Shown: positions 7,865 to 16,523 of the stretch, in pieces
Layout: each line of letters starts with the position of its first letter
How positions within the stretch are numbered: the first letter of the stretch is position 1
NCBI RefSeq assembly: GCF_001644705.1
Contig: NZ_CP015137.1
Span: 3,090,001-3,122,000, forward strand
Source of the DNA: Dickeya solani IPO 2222
Lineage (GTDB): Bacteria; Pseudomonadota; Gammaproteobacteria; Enterobacterales; Enterobacteriaceae
Length of the DNA stretch: 32,000 nucleotides
Reading direction: 5' to 3'
Program-made: the position numbers and the translations under genes
Notes under the pieces: model-generated
Seen by the model: only the letters and a program-made list of their open reading frames with translations
Told to the model about the DNA's origin: nothing
The model's database searches: none

Positions 7865-9244
7865 TCAGGGAGCGGGCGACAGCAATACGTTCCCATCCTC
7901 GTGACCGAGATGACGAAACAGCAGGCAACTCAGCGCCAGACCGACCCCGAGCAGCGCAAACAGCAGGCTGAACGGGCTGATGTGCAGCCACGGCGACAGC
8001 CGCGATAGCACCCGCAGCGCCGGAAAGGTCAGCGCCATGCTCAGCATCACCGCCAGCAGTTGGCTGAGCAGCAGGATGTTGTTGCCGCTGTTGCAGGTGT
8101 CGTTTTCTAGGTGGCAGCAGGCGAGCGTGCTTTCCGCCGAGTGCAGTAGCGCCGTCAGCACGCCGAGCAGGCCGGACAGCGCGCCGATGCACGGTAGCGA
8201 CCGGTGCTGAATGGCGGCGCCGAGCGCCAGCACCGCGATTGCCGCCAGCAGCGTGGCGGCAATCAGCAACTGGCGATAACCGGCGCGGCGCACCAGCGGC
8301 TCAAACAGCAGCTTGGCGAGCAGGGCGCCGGCGGAAAACAGCAGCATGATGATCCCGGCGGTGGCCGGCGTCAGGCCCAGCGCGGTCTGGATCACCAGCG
8401 AGATCACCACCGGGAGTGACGCCAGCAACAGCCGGGTCAGCACGCCGCCCCACACGCCGACATAAAAGGTGCGAATGCCGAACAGCGAGGCGGGCAGCAG
8501 CGCCTCGCGCACCCGGCGATCGCCGCGCAGATACAACCAGCCGCAGCCGCTGCCCGCCAGCGCAATCAGCGTCAACGCCGGTAGCGGCAGCAGGCGTTTG
8601 GGGGCGGCGACCAGCAGCAACGCGAGCAATAACAGCGCGGTGGTCAGCAGCAGCAGGCTGCGCAGCGGAATACGGCGCGGCGACGGCGTGACGCCATCAG
8701 GAATGGCGTCCCCGGCTAGCCACAGGCACAGCAATGACAGCGGAATGGGGGCGAGAAAAATCGCGCGCCAGCCGAAGGCATCGGTCAGCAAGCTACCCGC
8801 CAGCGGGCCGGTCAGGGTGCCGAGCAGGCCGAGCAGCGTCATACGGTTAAGAAAGGACAGTTTCTGCGCGGGGGGGGTGACGCGCAGCGCCTGAGTGCGG
8901 AGCACCGGCAGCAACAATGCCCCGCCGATGCCTTGCAGGCAGCGGCAGATCGCCAGCGTGGCGGCCGACGTGGCCTGGTTGCACAGCAGCGCGCCGGCGA
9001 TGAACGTCAGCAGCGCCAGCTGGCAGGTGCGCCGTTCCCCCATCCGCTGGCTCAGCCAGCTGTTGAGCGGGGTGAATGCCACCACGGCGACCAGGTAAGC
9101 CATCACCACCGGCTCCATGCGCAGTACCGGCTCGCGCAGCGTATGCGCCATCGCCGGAACGGCGACATACAGCATGGTGGTGTCCAGCGATTGCATGAAA
9201 AACGCCACCGACGCCAGCCAGAATAACGCGCGCGAGCCGGCCAT
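7865..9244 (-). CDS. MFS transporter, DHA2 (14-TMS) type, MdtD-like
   Basis: 459 aa. The N-terminal FFMQSLDTTMLYVAVPAMA and LQGIGGALLLP motifs resemble E. coli MdtD/EmrB-type MFS proteins. The protein is hydrophobic throughout. The start ATG lies 2 nt after the nrfD-like stop. Confidence 0.85.
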   Translation of the reverse strand: MAGSRALFWLASVAFFMQSLDTTMLYVAVPAMAHTLREPVLRMEPVVMAYLVAVVAFTPLNSWLSQRMGERRTCQLALLTFIAGALLCNQATSAATLAICRCLQGIGGALLLPVLRTQALRVTPPAQKLSFLNRMTLLGLLGTLTGPLAGSLLTDAFGWRAIFLAPIPLSLLCLWLAGDAIPDGVTPSPRRIPLRSLLLLTTALLLLALLLVAAPKRLLPLPALTLIALAGSGCGWLYLRGDRRVREALLPASLFGIRTFYVGVWGGVLTRLLLASLPVVISLVIQTALGLTPATAGIIMLLFSAGALLAKLLFEPLVRRAGYRQLLIAATLLAAIAVLALGAAIQHRSLPCIGALSGLLGVLTALLHSAESTLACCHLENDTCNSGNNILLLSQLLAVMLSMALTFPALRVLSRLSPWLHISPFSLLFALLGVGLALSCLLFRHLGHEDGNVLLSPAP

Positions 9245-9246
9245 GA

Positions 9247-10203
9247 TCAGGCCACCGTCATCTGTCCGGCGTACAGCACGAACAGTCGCAGCAGGAATAC
9301 GCCCAGCAGCGTCAGGCCGGCGGCGATCCGCGGCAGAGACGTGACATGACGCCGCATGGCGGGCAGGCTACCCGCCGCCAGCGGCGCCAGCATGCCGATG
9401 CCGATAATACCGATCCAAAACACGCCGCCCCAGAACCCGCTCAGCGCCACCTGCGCCGCCACCGCTTTCTGCCCACCGCCGAGTAGCAAACCGATAAAGA
9501 AGGCGAACAGCAGGAACAGTTCGATCAGTGCGACCGGTTTTTCCAGTTTGTGCAGCAGATGCAGGGTATGCGGACAGTCACGATGGCTGCGCGCCGATGC
9601 GCCGACCATCATCAGCACCGCGATGCCGGAGGTCACGCCAGACACCAGAAACAGCACCGGTAGCACCGGGTTATTCAGCAACGGGAAAGATTTCAACGCT
9701 GAGAGCAGAAAACCGGTATAACAGCCGAGCAGCAACGCCAGCACCAGCAGCAGATTTTCCACCGGACGTATACTGCGGGTCACCAGCGCGATCACCCGGT
9801 TTAGCAAACCGCACAGGGCACCCGGCAACTGGCGTTCGCTCCAGGCCAGCAGCGGTTGCTGATACAGGCTGGCAATCCAGAGAAACATCACCAGCATGTA
9901 CACCTGAAACAGCATCACCCCCAGCGACATGATGGAACTGGGATTATAGAAAATCATCAGGTACCAGAAGGTGATAGGACGGGCGAGGTGGAAAATCAGG
10001 ATCACCAGCCCGACTATCACCGACAGCGGTGCAACGATCGCCGTGGCAGTAATCAACGGGTTGGCGTGTTGATTCTCCGCGGGCAGGTAGCGGCGAAACA
10101 GCAGCGTCAGTACCATCATCCCGGATGAGATCCCCACCAGCAGCAGGTACACGGCGATCGGCCAGTCCCACACCAGCGAGTGAAAATGAAAGGCGTCATG
10201 CAT
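9247..10203 (-). CDS. nrfD: NrfD-family integral membrane quinol dehydrogenase subunit
   Basis: 318 aa, the same length as E. coli NrfD and colinear with it (FHF.SLVWDWPIA.YL.L.GIS.G, YTGFLLSALKS.P.LNNP.LPVLFL.SG, LR.F.LYAGQ.TVA). The start overlaps the upstream stop in the sequence ATGCATGA. Confidence 0.9.
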   Translation of the reverse strand: MHDAFHFHSLVWDWPIAVYLLLVGISSGMMVLTLLFRRYLPAENQHANPLITATAIVAPLSVIVGLVILIFHLARPITFWYLMIFYNPSSIMSLGVMLFQVYMLVMFLWIASLYQQPLLAWSERQLPGALCGLLNRVIALVTRSIRPVENLLLVLALLLGCYTGFLLSALKSFPLLNNPVLPVLFLVSGVTSGIAVLMMVGASARSHRDCPHTLHLLHKLEKPVALIELFLLFAFFIGLLLGGGQKAVAAQVALSGFWGGVFWIGIIGIGMLAPLAAGSLPAMRRHVTSLPRIAAGLTLLGVFLLRLFVLYAGQMTVA

Positions 10204-10894
10204 GGTCGCTCTCTCCGTATTTACCGGGAATGCGGTAGAGGTTGGGGCCGGTGCCCAGATAGACTTTGCTGCGGTAGATCGGATTGCTTTTGATCATTTT
10301 CGAGATCTCGCTATCCGGGTCGTTGAGATCGCCGAACACCAGCGCTTTGGTCGGGCAGATTTCGACGCAGGCCGGTTTCTTACCCGCCGCCAGATTGGTT
10401 TCCCGGCAGAAGTTGCACTTGTCCGCGGTGTGGGTCATCGGGTTGATGAAGCGCACGTGGTACGGACAGGCGGCGATGCAGTAGCGGCAGCCGACGCAGC
10501 GCTTGTCGTTGACATCGACAATGCCGGTCAGCGCGTCTTTGAACGATGCGCCGGTCGGGCAGACCGATACGCAAGGCGGGTTATCGCAGTGCTGGCAGGA
10601 CTGGCGAAAAAACTGTTTGATCGGTTTACTGCTGTCGGTGGCCGGGATATCGACGGTTTGTATGATATCCAGCCGGGTGACGCCCTCCGGCACCTGATTG
10701 GTTTTGCGGCAGGCGGTCATGCAGGCTTTGCAGCCGATACAGCGTAGCTCGTTATGCAATATGCCGTATTTGACGGGGCGCGGGCCGGCGGCGGGCGTTG
10801 CCGTTTCCTGCGCGACCGCCGGCAGGCCGCTGCCGGAGACGGCCAGCGCGCTGCCCATGATGGCGATAAAACGGCGTCGGGTGTAATTTTCCAT
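10196..10894 (-). CDS. nrfC: Tat-exported 4x[4Fe-4S] ferredoxin-type subunit, NrfC-like
   Basis: The ORF is trimmed to the ATG at 10894 (MENYTRRRFIAIMGSALAVSG, a twin-arginine signal). It has four Cys clusters (CIGCKACMTAC, CQHCDNPPCVSVCP, CVGCRYCIAACP, CNFC...CVEICP) and is colinear with E. coli NrfC. AAGG lies about 9 nt upstream. Confidence 0.9.
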   Translation of the reverse strand: MENYTRRRFIAIMGSALAVSGSGLPAVAQETATPAAGPRPVKYGILHNELRCIGCKACMTACRKTNQVPEGVTRLDIIQTVDIPATDSSKPIKQFFRQSCQHCDNPPCVSVCPTGASFKDALTGIVDVNDKRCVGCRYCIAACPYHVRFINPMTHTADKCNFCRETNLAAGKKPACVEICPTKALVFGDLNDPDSEISKMIKSNPIYRSKVYLGTGPNLYRIPGKYGESDHA

Positions 10895-10943
10895 AAAATA
10901 ACCTTTCAGAAATCGAAAACCGGTCTGGCGCAACCGATATCTG

Positions 10944-11019
10944 TTCAGCGATAACACTCGTGTTCAGTGATAAAGCTATTTTTCAGTGATAAAACCATTT
11001 TTCAGTGATAAAACTTTTT
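10944..11019. repeat. Four direct repeats with an exact 19-bp period upstream of the nrfC-like gene; candidate regulator binding array
   Basis: The units start at 10944, 10963, 10982 and 11001: TTCAGCGATAACACTCGTG, TTCAGTGATAAAGCTATTT, TTCAGTGATAAAACCATTT and TTCAGTGATAAAACTTTTT. The last three match 17/19 pairwise. The array lies 50-125 nt upstream of the ATG at 10894. Confidence 0.8.
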
Positions 11020-11372
11020 ATTTTCTTACTCATGGGTATTAATGAGCGCGATAAATAACGACAAAGCCCGTGTGTCGGGAAGTGAAACGTATTGGTGCGA
11101 ATAATTGGAACATGCGTACCTGGCGGGATATGTGGCACGCTTCACATTTAATTTTTTGTATATCCGGATAAAAATAATTGCAAAATACGATAACTGGTGT
11201 GGATAGGGCTATTATTGTCGTGATTTTCATTATTAATGTTATTTTTGTTGTTTGCTTGTGTTATTGAAATGTCTTTTTTGATTTGAGTAATAAAATCCTT
11301 TTTTGGCTAAAATGAATAAAAATGATGTGGCACAAAAATTAATCTTTCAGGTGAGTTATTTCGCCGAAAAAT

Positions 11373-11398
11373 AAAAAAACACCTCCAGCGAGGTGTTT
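11373..11398 (-). terminator. Rho-independent terminator of the esterase gene
   Basis: On the minus strand AAACACCTC-gctg-GAGGTGTTT is followed by TTTTTAT. It lies about 80 nt downstream of the stop at 11476. Confidence 0.75.
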
Positions 11399-11475
11399 CA
11401 GGTGTCTGACGAATCCGTTAAGTGCAACGCACAATACAACATGGCTGTTGGTTAACAGCTATGTTCATCAGCCGA

Positions 11476-12450
11476 TTATGGCTTCAACTGACGGTCCAAA
11501 AACTGAATCACTTTCTGCATGATTTCCGGTTGCAGCCAGTAAACGCCGCCATGCTCCGCGCCTTTCACCACGTAGTAGGTGCTGTCGATGCCGTGGGCTA
11601 CCAGCGCCCGGTGCAGGATTTCGGTCTGATGGGGGGAAACCAGCGTATCGGCGCTGCCATGCATGATCAAAAACGGCGGAGTCTGTTGGCCGATGTAGGT
11701 GATCGGGTTGGCGGCGGCGGTTTTCTCCGGGAAGCGGGTAATCGGGCCGCCTTCATTGAACACCGAGGTGCCGTTGACCCAGATGGCTTCGGTGGAGGAC
11801 GGCGAGGCGTGTTTCTGCACCACTTCGTCCGGGAAGCCTTCGCCGACGCGGGTCAGGTCCGACAGGCCGTAGAAATCGATCACCGCCTGTACCTGGCTGC
11901 TCTGGTCGAGGTGTTCGCCGCGGTCAAATTGCTTATTGCCGTTGGTGGTGCCGGCAAACGCCGCCAGATAGCCGCCGGCGGAAGCGCCGAACACCGCCAC
12001 ATGACCGGCGTCGATGCCGAATTTGCTCGCATTGGCGCGCAGGTAACGAATGGCGGATTTCACGTCTTCCAGCGGCGCCGGGAACAGCACGGTCGGCGCC
12101 ACGCGGTATTCCATGCTGGCGACCACGTAGCCGGCTTCCGCCAGTTTCAGCCGCTGCTGGATGTAGCTGTCTTTATTGGCGTTGATGAAACCGCCGCCGG
12201 TGATGAACAGCACGGCGGGCTGCGGTGATTTCGCCTCCGGTTGCAGGATGTCCATCTTCAATGCCACGTTGGGGTAGCCGCGCATCGGCACCTGGGCGTA
12301 AACCACGTCGGAAATCAGTTTAACCGACGGCTGGCGCGGGGTGAGAGTCAGTTCATGGATGTTGTCTGCGGCCATGGCGCTTGTTACCTGTGCGGCTCCG
12401 GTAATCGTAACGGCGGATAACAGTATCATTTTTAGCGGGAGGGTACGCAT
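11476..12450 (-). CDS. Secreted alpha/beta hydrolase, esterase of the HSL/BD-FAE type; candidate feruloyl or acetyl esterase
   Basis: 324 aa. Signal peptide MRTLPLKMILLSAVTITGAAQVTSAMA|AD, oxyanion-type TGGGF, nucleophile elbow GASAGG, and C-terminal MHGSADTLV and GAEHG. AAGGA lies 7-8 nt upstream of the ATG. Confidence 0.85.
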   Translation of the reverse strand: MRTLPLKMILLSAVTITGAAQVTSAMAADNIHELTLTPRQPSVKLISDVVYAQVPMRGYPNVALKMDILQPEAKSPQPAVLFITGGGFINANKDSYIQQRLKLAEAGYVVASMEYRVAPTVLFPAPLEDVKSAIRYLRANASKFGIDAGHVAVFGASAGGYLAAFAGTTNGNKQFDRGEHLDQSSQVQAVIDFYGLSDLTRVGEGFPDEVVQKHASPSSTEAIWVNGTSVFNEGGPITRFPEKTAAANPITYIGQQTPPFLIMHGSADTLVSPHQTEILHRALVAHGIDSTYYVVKGAEHGGVYWLQPEIMQKVIQFLDRQLKP

Positions 12451-12624
12451 GAAGTATTCCTTAAAATTATTATTTAGCCGATGCTTGTCGTATCAATACA
12501 GGAAGGAAAAAATCAGGAGGCAGGCTATCACGGCTGGGATTAATACAAATGTGCTTAATCTCACATTAGTATTTTTGTAAATTCATATAATTATTATTCG
12601 TTAAGGTTATAAATAAATATAATC

Positions 12625-13527
12625 ATGATAAGTATAAAACGTGCACTTTATTACCATGAGCTGGTGCGTAAAGGGAGTTTTACCCGCGCGGCCAAATCAC
12701 TCAATATCTCACAGGCGTTTCTTTCCCAGGAAATATCCCGGCTGGAGCAGGAGCTGGAAAGGAAATTGATTAATCGCACTACCCGGCAATTTGCGTTGAC
12801 GCCATTCGGCGAAGCGTTTGACGACAAGATCAAACCGCTGATTCGGGAATATTATGACGTTGAACAATTTGTGCAATCGTACGAAGACAGTCAGGACGGC
12901 GCCCTGATGGTGGGGGTGATTCCGATCTTCAACCGGCTGAAATATTACGATGTCTTCACGCTGTTTCAAAAGCAGCATCCGAATATCGAACTGTCCTTTA
13001 TTGATGGCGTCAGCAGCGACCTGCTGGAAAAGGTCAGAAACGCCGAGATCCACGTGTCGCTCTCCACGCCGTTTGACGACTACCTGCAGGATCCGCTGTT
13101 TAACCACACCATCTTTCTGGACGACAATCTGGTGGCGGTGATGGCGGCCGACCATCCGCTGGCGGATCAACCGAGCCTGACGCTCAATCAACTGGCGCAG
13201 GAGCGGCCAATCGTGCCGCAGAAGGGCACCGGCGAGCATGCGGCGGTGTCGGCGGCGTTTAGCCGCGCCGGGCTGGAAGACACCTGCTTTCGGGAGTGCA
13301 GCAATCTCGACATCATTATGGATCTGGTGATGCATCACGGCGGGGTGGTGTTTCTGTGCACGTCGGTGGCGAGCAGTCTGAAGGGATACGATATCGTGAT
13401 TTGCCCGGTAGCGACGCCGATCACCCGCACCTTCGCGGTAAGTTACCTTAAACGTAGTGTTGGCATTCCGGTGGTGCGCCGCTTTCTGGATTTTATGGAG
13501 CGGCATCATCCGATGTTGCGTGGATAA
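12625..13527 (+). CDS. LysR-family transcriptional regulator, divergent from the esterase
   Basis: wHTH GSFTRAAKSLNISQAFLSQEISRLEQELERKLINR followed by a LysR effector domain. It shares a 174-bp AT-rich intergenic region with the esterase gene. Confidence 0.9.
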   Translation: MISIKRALYYHELVRKGSFTRAAKSLNISQAFLSQEISRLEQELERKLINRTTRQFALTPFGEAFDDKIKPLIREYYDVEQFVQSYEDSQDGALMVGVIPIFNRLKYYDVFTLFQKQHPNIELSFIDGVSSDLLEKVRNAEIHVSLSTPFDDYLQDPLFNHTIFLDDNLVAVMAADHPLADQPSLTLNQLAQERPIVPQKGTGEHAAVSAAFSRAGLEDTCFRECSNLDIIMDLVMHHGGVVFLCTSVASSLKGYDIVICPVATPITRTFAVSYLKRSVGIPVVRRFLDFMERHHPMLRG

Positions 13528-13689
13528 CGGCTCATGGAAAAGGAAAACGGCAATCGGGCGACGACGATCGCCCGATAACAGCGTGAGCGCAATTTTAGTG
13601 CAATAAATAGGCGGCTCAACGCCGGCCCAGACGCATCAACTCTTCCGGTACGGACAGGGGAGTAAAACCGGCTGTCTGGCTACGTACCG

Positions 13690-14676
13690 TTAACGCACGA
13701 TCAGCGTGGGTTCGATGCGGACGGTTTCCCCTTTCTGCGCCTCGCCGCTGAGCACCCGTTGCAGATGGCGCATGACCTGCGCCACCAACAGCTCCACCGG
13801 CTGGCGGACGGTGGTCAGCCGGTATCCTTCCCAGGCCGCCTGCGGGGTGTCGTCGCAGCCCACCACTTTGCATGCCGGGCCGCCGGTCAGGCGCAGAGCG
13901 TCAAGGGCGCCGAAGGCCAGTGCGTCACAGGCGCAGAACACGCCTTCGACCGCTGGATGCTGTTGCTGCAACCGGCACATGGCGTGATAGCCACTGTGGT
14001 AGGCGTAATCCGGATTATCCGTCACGACAGGCTCCGGCAGGCCACGATGGGCCAACTGCTGGCGAAAACCCGCCAGCCGCTCCAGCGAGGCCTGCCCGTC
14101 CTGACGACCGCCGATATAGGCCAGCCGGGTCAGCCCCAGCGAGATCAGGTGATCCGCCGCCAGCTCGCCCGCCAGCCGGTTATCGGACAGCACCGCGGTG
14201 ACGGTTTCGCGTTGATCCTCGCGGCCCATCAGCACCATCGGCAGCGACAGTTCCAGACAGCGGCCGGTGGCTTCCCGCGACAGGCTACCGGCGGAGATGA
14301 TCGCCGCTTCCACCTGCCACGACTGCGCCTGCTGCAACCGGGCGCGAATGTCGCACTGTTCGGTGACGCTGACCAGCATCGGCACCAGCCCGTGTTGTTG
14401 CAGCGCCTGAGTCAGCAGGCTGAACAGCCAGGGTTGGAACGGGTTGTCGAACTCGCCCATCACCACCGCCACGATGCCGGAGCCGTGCCGCCCGGAATTG
14501 ACCAGCGCCCGCGCCAGCGCATTGGGGCGATAGCCCAGTTGATCCGCTGCCGCCAGCACTTTTGAGCGGGTCGCCTGACTGACTTTGCCCGGCGCGGAAT
14601 AGGTGCGTGATACCGCCGATGCCGAAACGCCGGCGCAGCGGGCGACATCAATCGAGGTGATGCGTTTCTTATTCAT
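13690..14676 (-). CDS. LacI-family transcriptional repressor, last gene of the ABC operon
   Basis: The ORF is trimmed to the ATG at 14676 (MNKKRITSIDVARCAGVSASAVSRTYS), which gives a LacI HTH followed by a periplasmic-binding-protein fold, 328 aa. The start overlaps the upstream stop in ATGAATAA. AGGGGG serves as the SD. Confidence 0.9.
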   Translation of the reverse strand: MNKKRITSIDVARCAGVSASAVSRTYSAPGKVSQATRSKVLAAADQLGYRPNALARALVNSGRHGSGIVAVVMGEFDNPFQPWLFSLLTQALQQHGLVPMLVSVTEQCDIRARLQQAQSWQVEAAIISAGSLSREATGRCLELSLPMVLMGREDQRETVTAVLSDNRLAGELAADHLISLGLTRLAYIGGRQDGQASLERLAGFRQQLAHRGLPEPVVTDNPDYAYHSGYHAMCRLQQQHPAVEGVFCACDALAFGALDALRLTGGPACKVVGCDDTPQAAWEGYRLTTVRQPVELLVAQVMRHLQRVLSGEAQKGETVRIEPTLIVR

Positions 14677-15436
14677 GTTCTGGCCCCCTGATGATGTGCC
14701 AGTGCCCGTTGCGGCATTGCGCCCGGTCGCCCTGTTCCGGCAGAAACACGTCGGGCGAGGTGGCGATAACCTGTTGCAGCGCCGCTTTTTGCGACTGTTG
14801 CACGTGGTACAGGCCCAACGGCGCGCCCGGTTTACGCGCCAGCGTCTGCACCTGCGGCCAGTTGCCGTGGTAGGCATTGTCCGCCGCCTGCGGCGAAAAA
14901 CACTCCACCAGCGCCAGATCCGAGCGTGCCAGTAACGCGGCGCCCGCGGGCGTCAACTGGCCGTCGCCGCTGTAGAACAGCGACCCCTGTTCGCCGTCGA
15001 GCCACAGGGAACGGTTGGGCACCGAGTGGCGGGTCGGCGCGGTCTGGCAATGCCACGGGCCCAGTTCGTTCAGGCTTTCGCTGTCCTGCCAGTTAAGGGT
15101 AAACAGCGGCCGACCGGCGGGCCAGAAGGCGAAATCCGCCAGACGCTGCACCTGCGGCAATTGCTGACGCGGCGCGATAATCGCCAGCGGCGCGGTGCGC
15201 CCGCAGGATTCGCACCAGTTGAGCCAGGTGGTCAGACCGAGCACGTGGTCGGGGTGAGCATGGGTAATGTAGATGGCGTGAATGTCGTCCGGCGCGGTCT
15301 GGCGCTGCCACAGCGCCTGCGGTACGGTCGGACCGCAATCCACCAGCAACTGGAATCCGCCTTCGCTGACCCGTATCGCCGCGTTGACCCGCTGGCTGTC
15401 GTAGGCTTCGCCGCTGCCGAGAATCTCAAGCTCCAT
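14669..15436 (-). CDS. MBL-fold metallo-hydrolase (short RNase Z / PhnP-like architecture)
   Basis: 255 aa with the THAHPDH (HxHxDH) motif near residue 58 and downstream His/Asp ligand candidates. The start overlaps the 3' end of the ATPase gene by 11 nt. Confidence 0.85.
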   Translation of the reverse strand: MELEILGSGEAYDSQRVNAAIRVSEGGFQLLVDCGPTVPQALWQRQTAPDDIHAIYITHAHPDHVLGLTTWLNWCESCGRTAPLAIIAPRQQLPQVQRLADFAFWPAGRPLFTLNWQDSESLNELGPWHCQTAPTRHSVPNRSLWLDGEQGSLFYSGDGQLTPAGAALLARSDLALVECFSPQAADNAYHGNWPQVQTLARKPGAPLGLYHVQQSQKAALQQVIATSPDVFLPEQGDRAQCRNGHWHIIRGPEHE

Positions 15437-16514
15437 GCGGGTTCTCCTGACCGGCGTGCCGCAGGGGCGGCGACACGCGCTGACCGGCGGCGTCGAACCA
15501 GTGGCAGCGTTCCGGCGCGACCTGCAACGCCAGTTCCTGGCCGATATGCGCCGGCTGGCGGCTTTCCACCACCAGCGTCAGGCAAGGTTCGTGGATGAAG
15601 TGGCCGTGCAGGTGATAGTGCGCGCCCAGATTTTCCACCAGATCGACCTGAAACGTCGGGATACCCTCGGCGACCTCAAAGGCGTCCGGGCGAATGCCGA
15701 GGGTGACCGCGCGTTCATCCCGCTCCAACCGTTGCAGCCACGGCGACAAGATTTGATCGGGCGACGGCATTTGGCCGGGCGACAGCGGAAAAAAGTTCAT
15801 TTCCGGCGTGCCGATAAACCCGGCGACGAAGGTATTGGCGGGATGGTGGTACAGTTCTTCCGGCGTACCTTCCTGGGCGATGCGGCCTTCATGCAGCACC
15901 ACGATGCGGTCGGCCAGCGTCATCGCCTCCACCTGATCGTGGGTGACGTAAATCATGGTGGCGGCCAGTTGCTGATGCAGCGCTTTCAGTTGCACCCGGG
16001 TATGGGTGCGAAGTTTGGCGTCCAGATTGGACAACGGTTCGTCAAACAGGAACAGGCGCGGCTTGCGCACGATAGCGCGGCCGATCGCCACTCGCTGGCG
16101 CTGTCCGCCGGAGAGCGCGCCGGGCTTGCGGGCCAGCAACGGCGTCAGTTGCAGCATCTCCGCCACCTGCGCCACTTTCTCTTCAATGGCTTGACGCCGT
16201 TCGCCCGCCATTTTCAGCGCGAAACCCATGTTTTCCGCCACGGTCATGTGCGGATAGAGCGCGTAGGACTGAAACACCATCGCCATTTCCCGCTGGCCCG
16301 GCGGCTGGCGCGAAATATCCTCGTCGCCCAGCATGATTTGCCCGCTGTCCTGTTCCTCCAGCCCGGCGATGGTACGCAGTAGGGTCGATTTACCACAGCC
16401 GGACGGGCCGACGAACACCACCAGTTCTCCCTGCCGGATATGCAGGTCGATGCCGTGCAGCACCGGCTGACGACCGTAACGCTTGGCGACCTGATGTAAC
16501 CGTAATTCACTCAT
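15426..16514 (-). CDS. Carbohydrate (CUT1) ABC transporter ATP-binding protein, MalK/UgpC-like
   Basis: Walker A GPSGCGKST, signature LSGGQRQRVAIGRA and Walker B LFLFDEPLS, plus a C-terminal regulatory (TOBE-like) extension. Confidence 0.95.
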   Translation of the reverse strand: MSELRLHQVAKRYGRQPVLHGIDLHIRQGELVVFVGPSGCGKSTLLRTIAGLEEQDSGQIMLGDEDISRQPPGQREMAMVFQSYALYPHMTVAENMGFALKMAGERRQAIEEKVAQVAEMLQLTPLLARKPGALSGGQRQRVAIGRAIVRKPRLFLFDEPLSNLDAKLRTHTRVQLKALHQQLAATMIYVTHDQVEAMTLADRIVVLHEGRIAQEGTPEELYHHPANTFVAGFIGTPEMNFFPLSPGQMPSPDQILSPWLQRLERDERAVTLGIRPDAFEVAEGIPTFQVDLVENLGAHYHLHGHFIHEPCLTLVVESRQPAHIGQELALQVAPERCHWFDAAGQRVSPPLRHAGQENPHGA

Positions 16515-16523
16515 CTGCGAGTC

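Noticed and set aside
10944-11019. CRISPR-like or iteron array, considered here and for the 17-bp array at 30384-30468.
   Set aside because: The units are contiguous with no unique spacers. They are only 17-19 bp long with at most 5 copies, and no cas, rep or mobile-element genes are nearby. I describe them as short tandem or phased repeats only.
11039-11230. 63-aa minus-strand ORF inside the AT-rich spacer.
   Set aside because: It has no SD and no recognisable motif, and it sits in an AT-rich region where stop-free stretches of this length are not compelling. It may be called hypothetical by automated pipelines, but I cannot support it.
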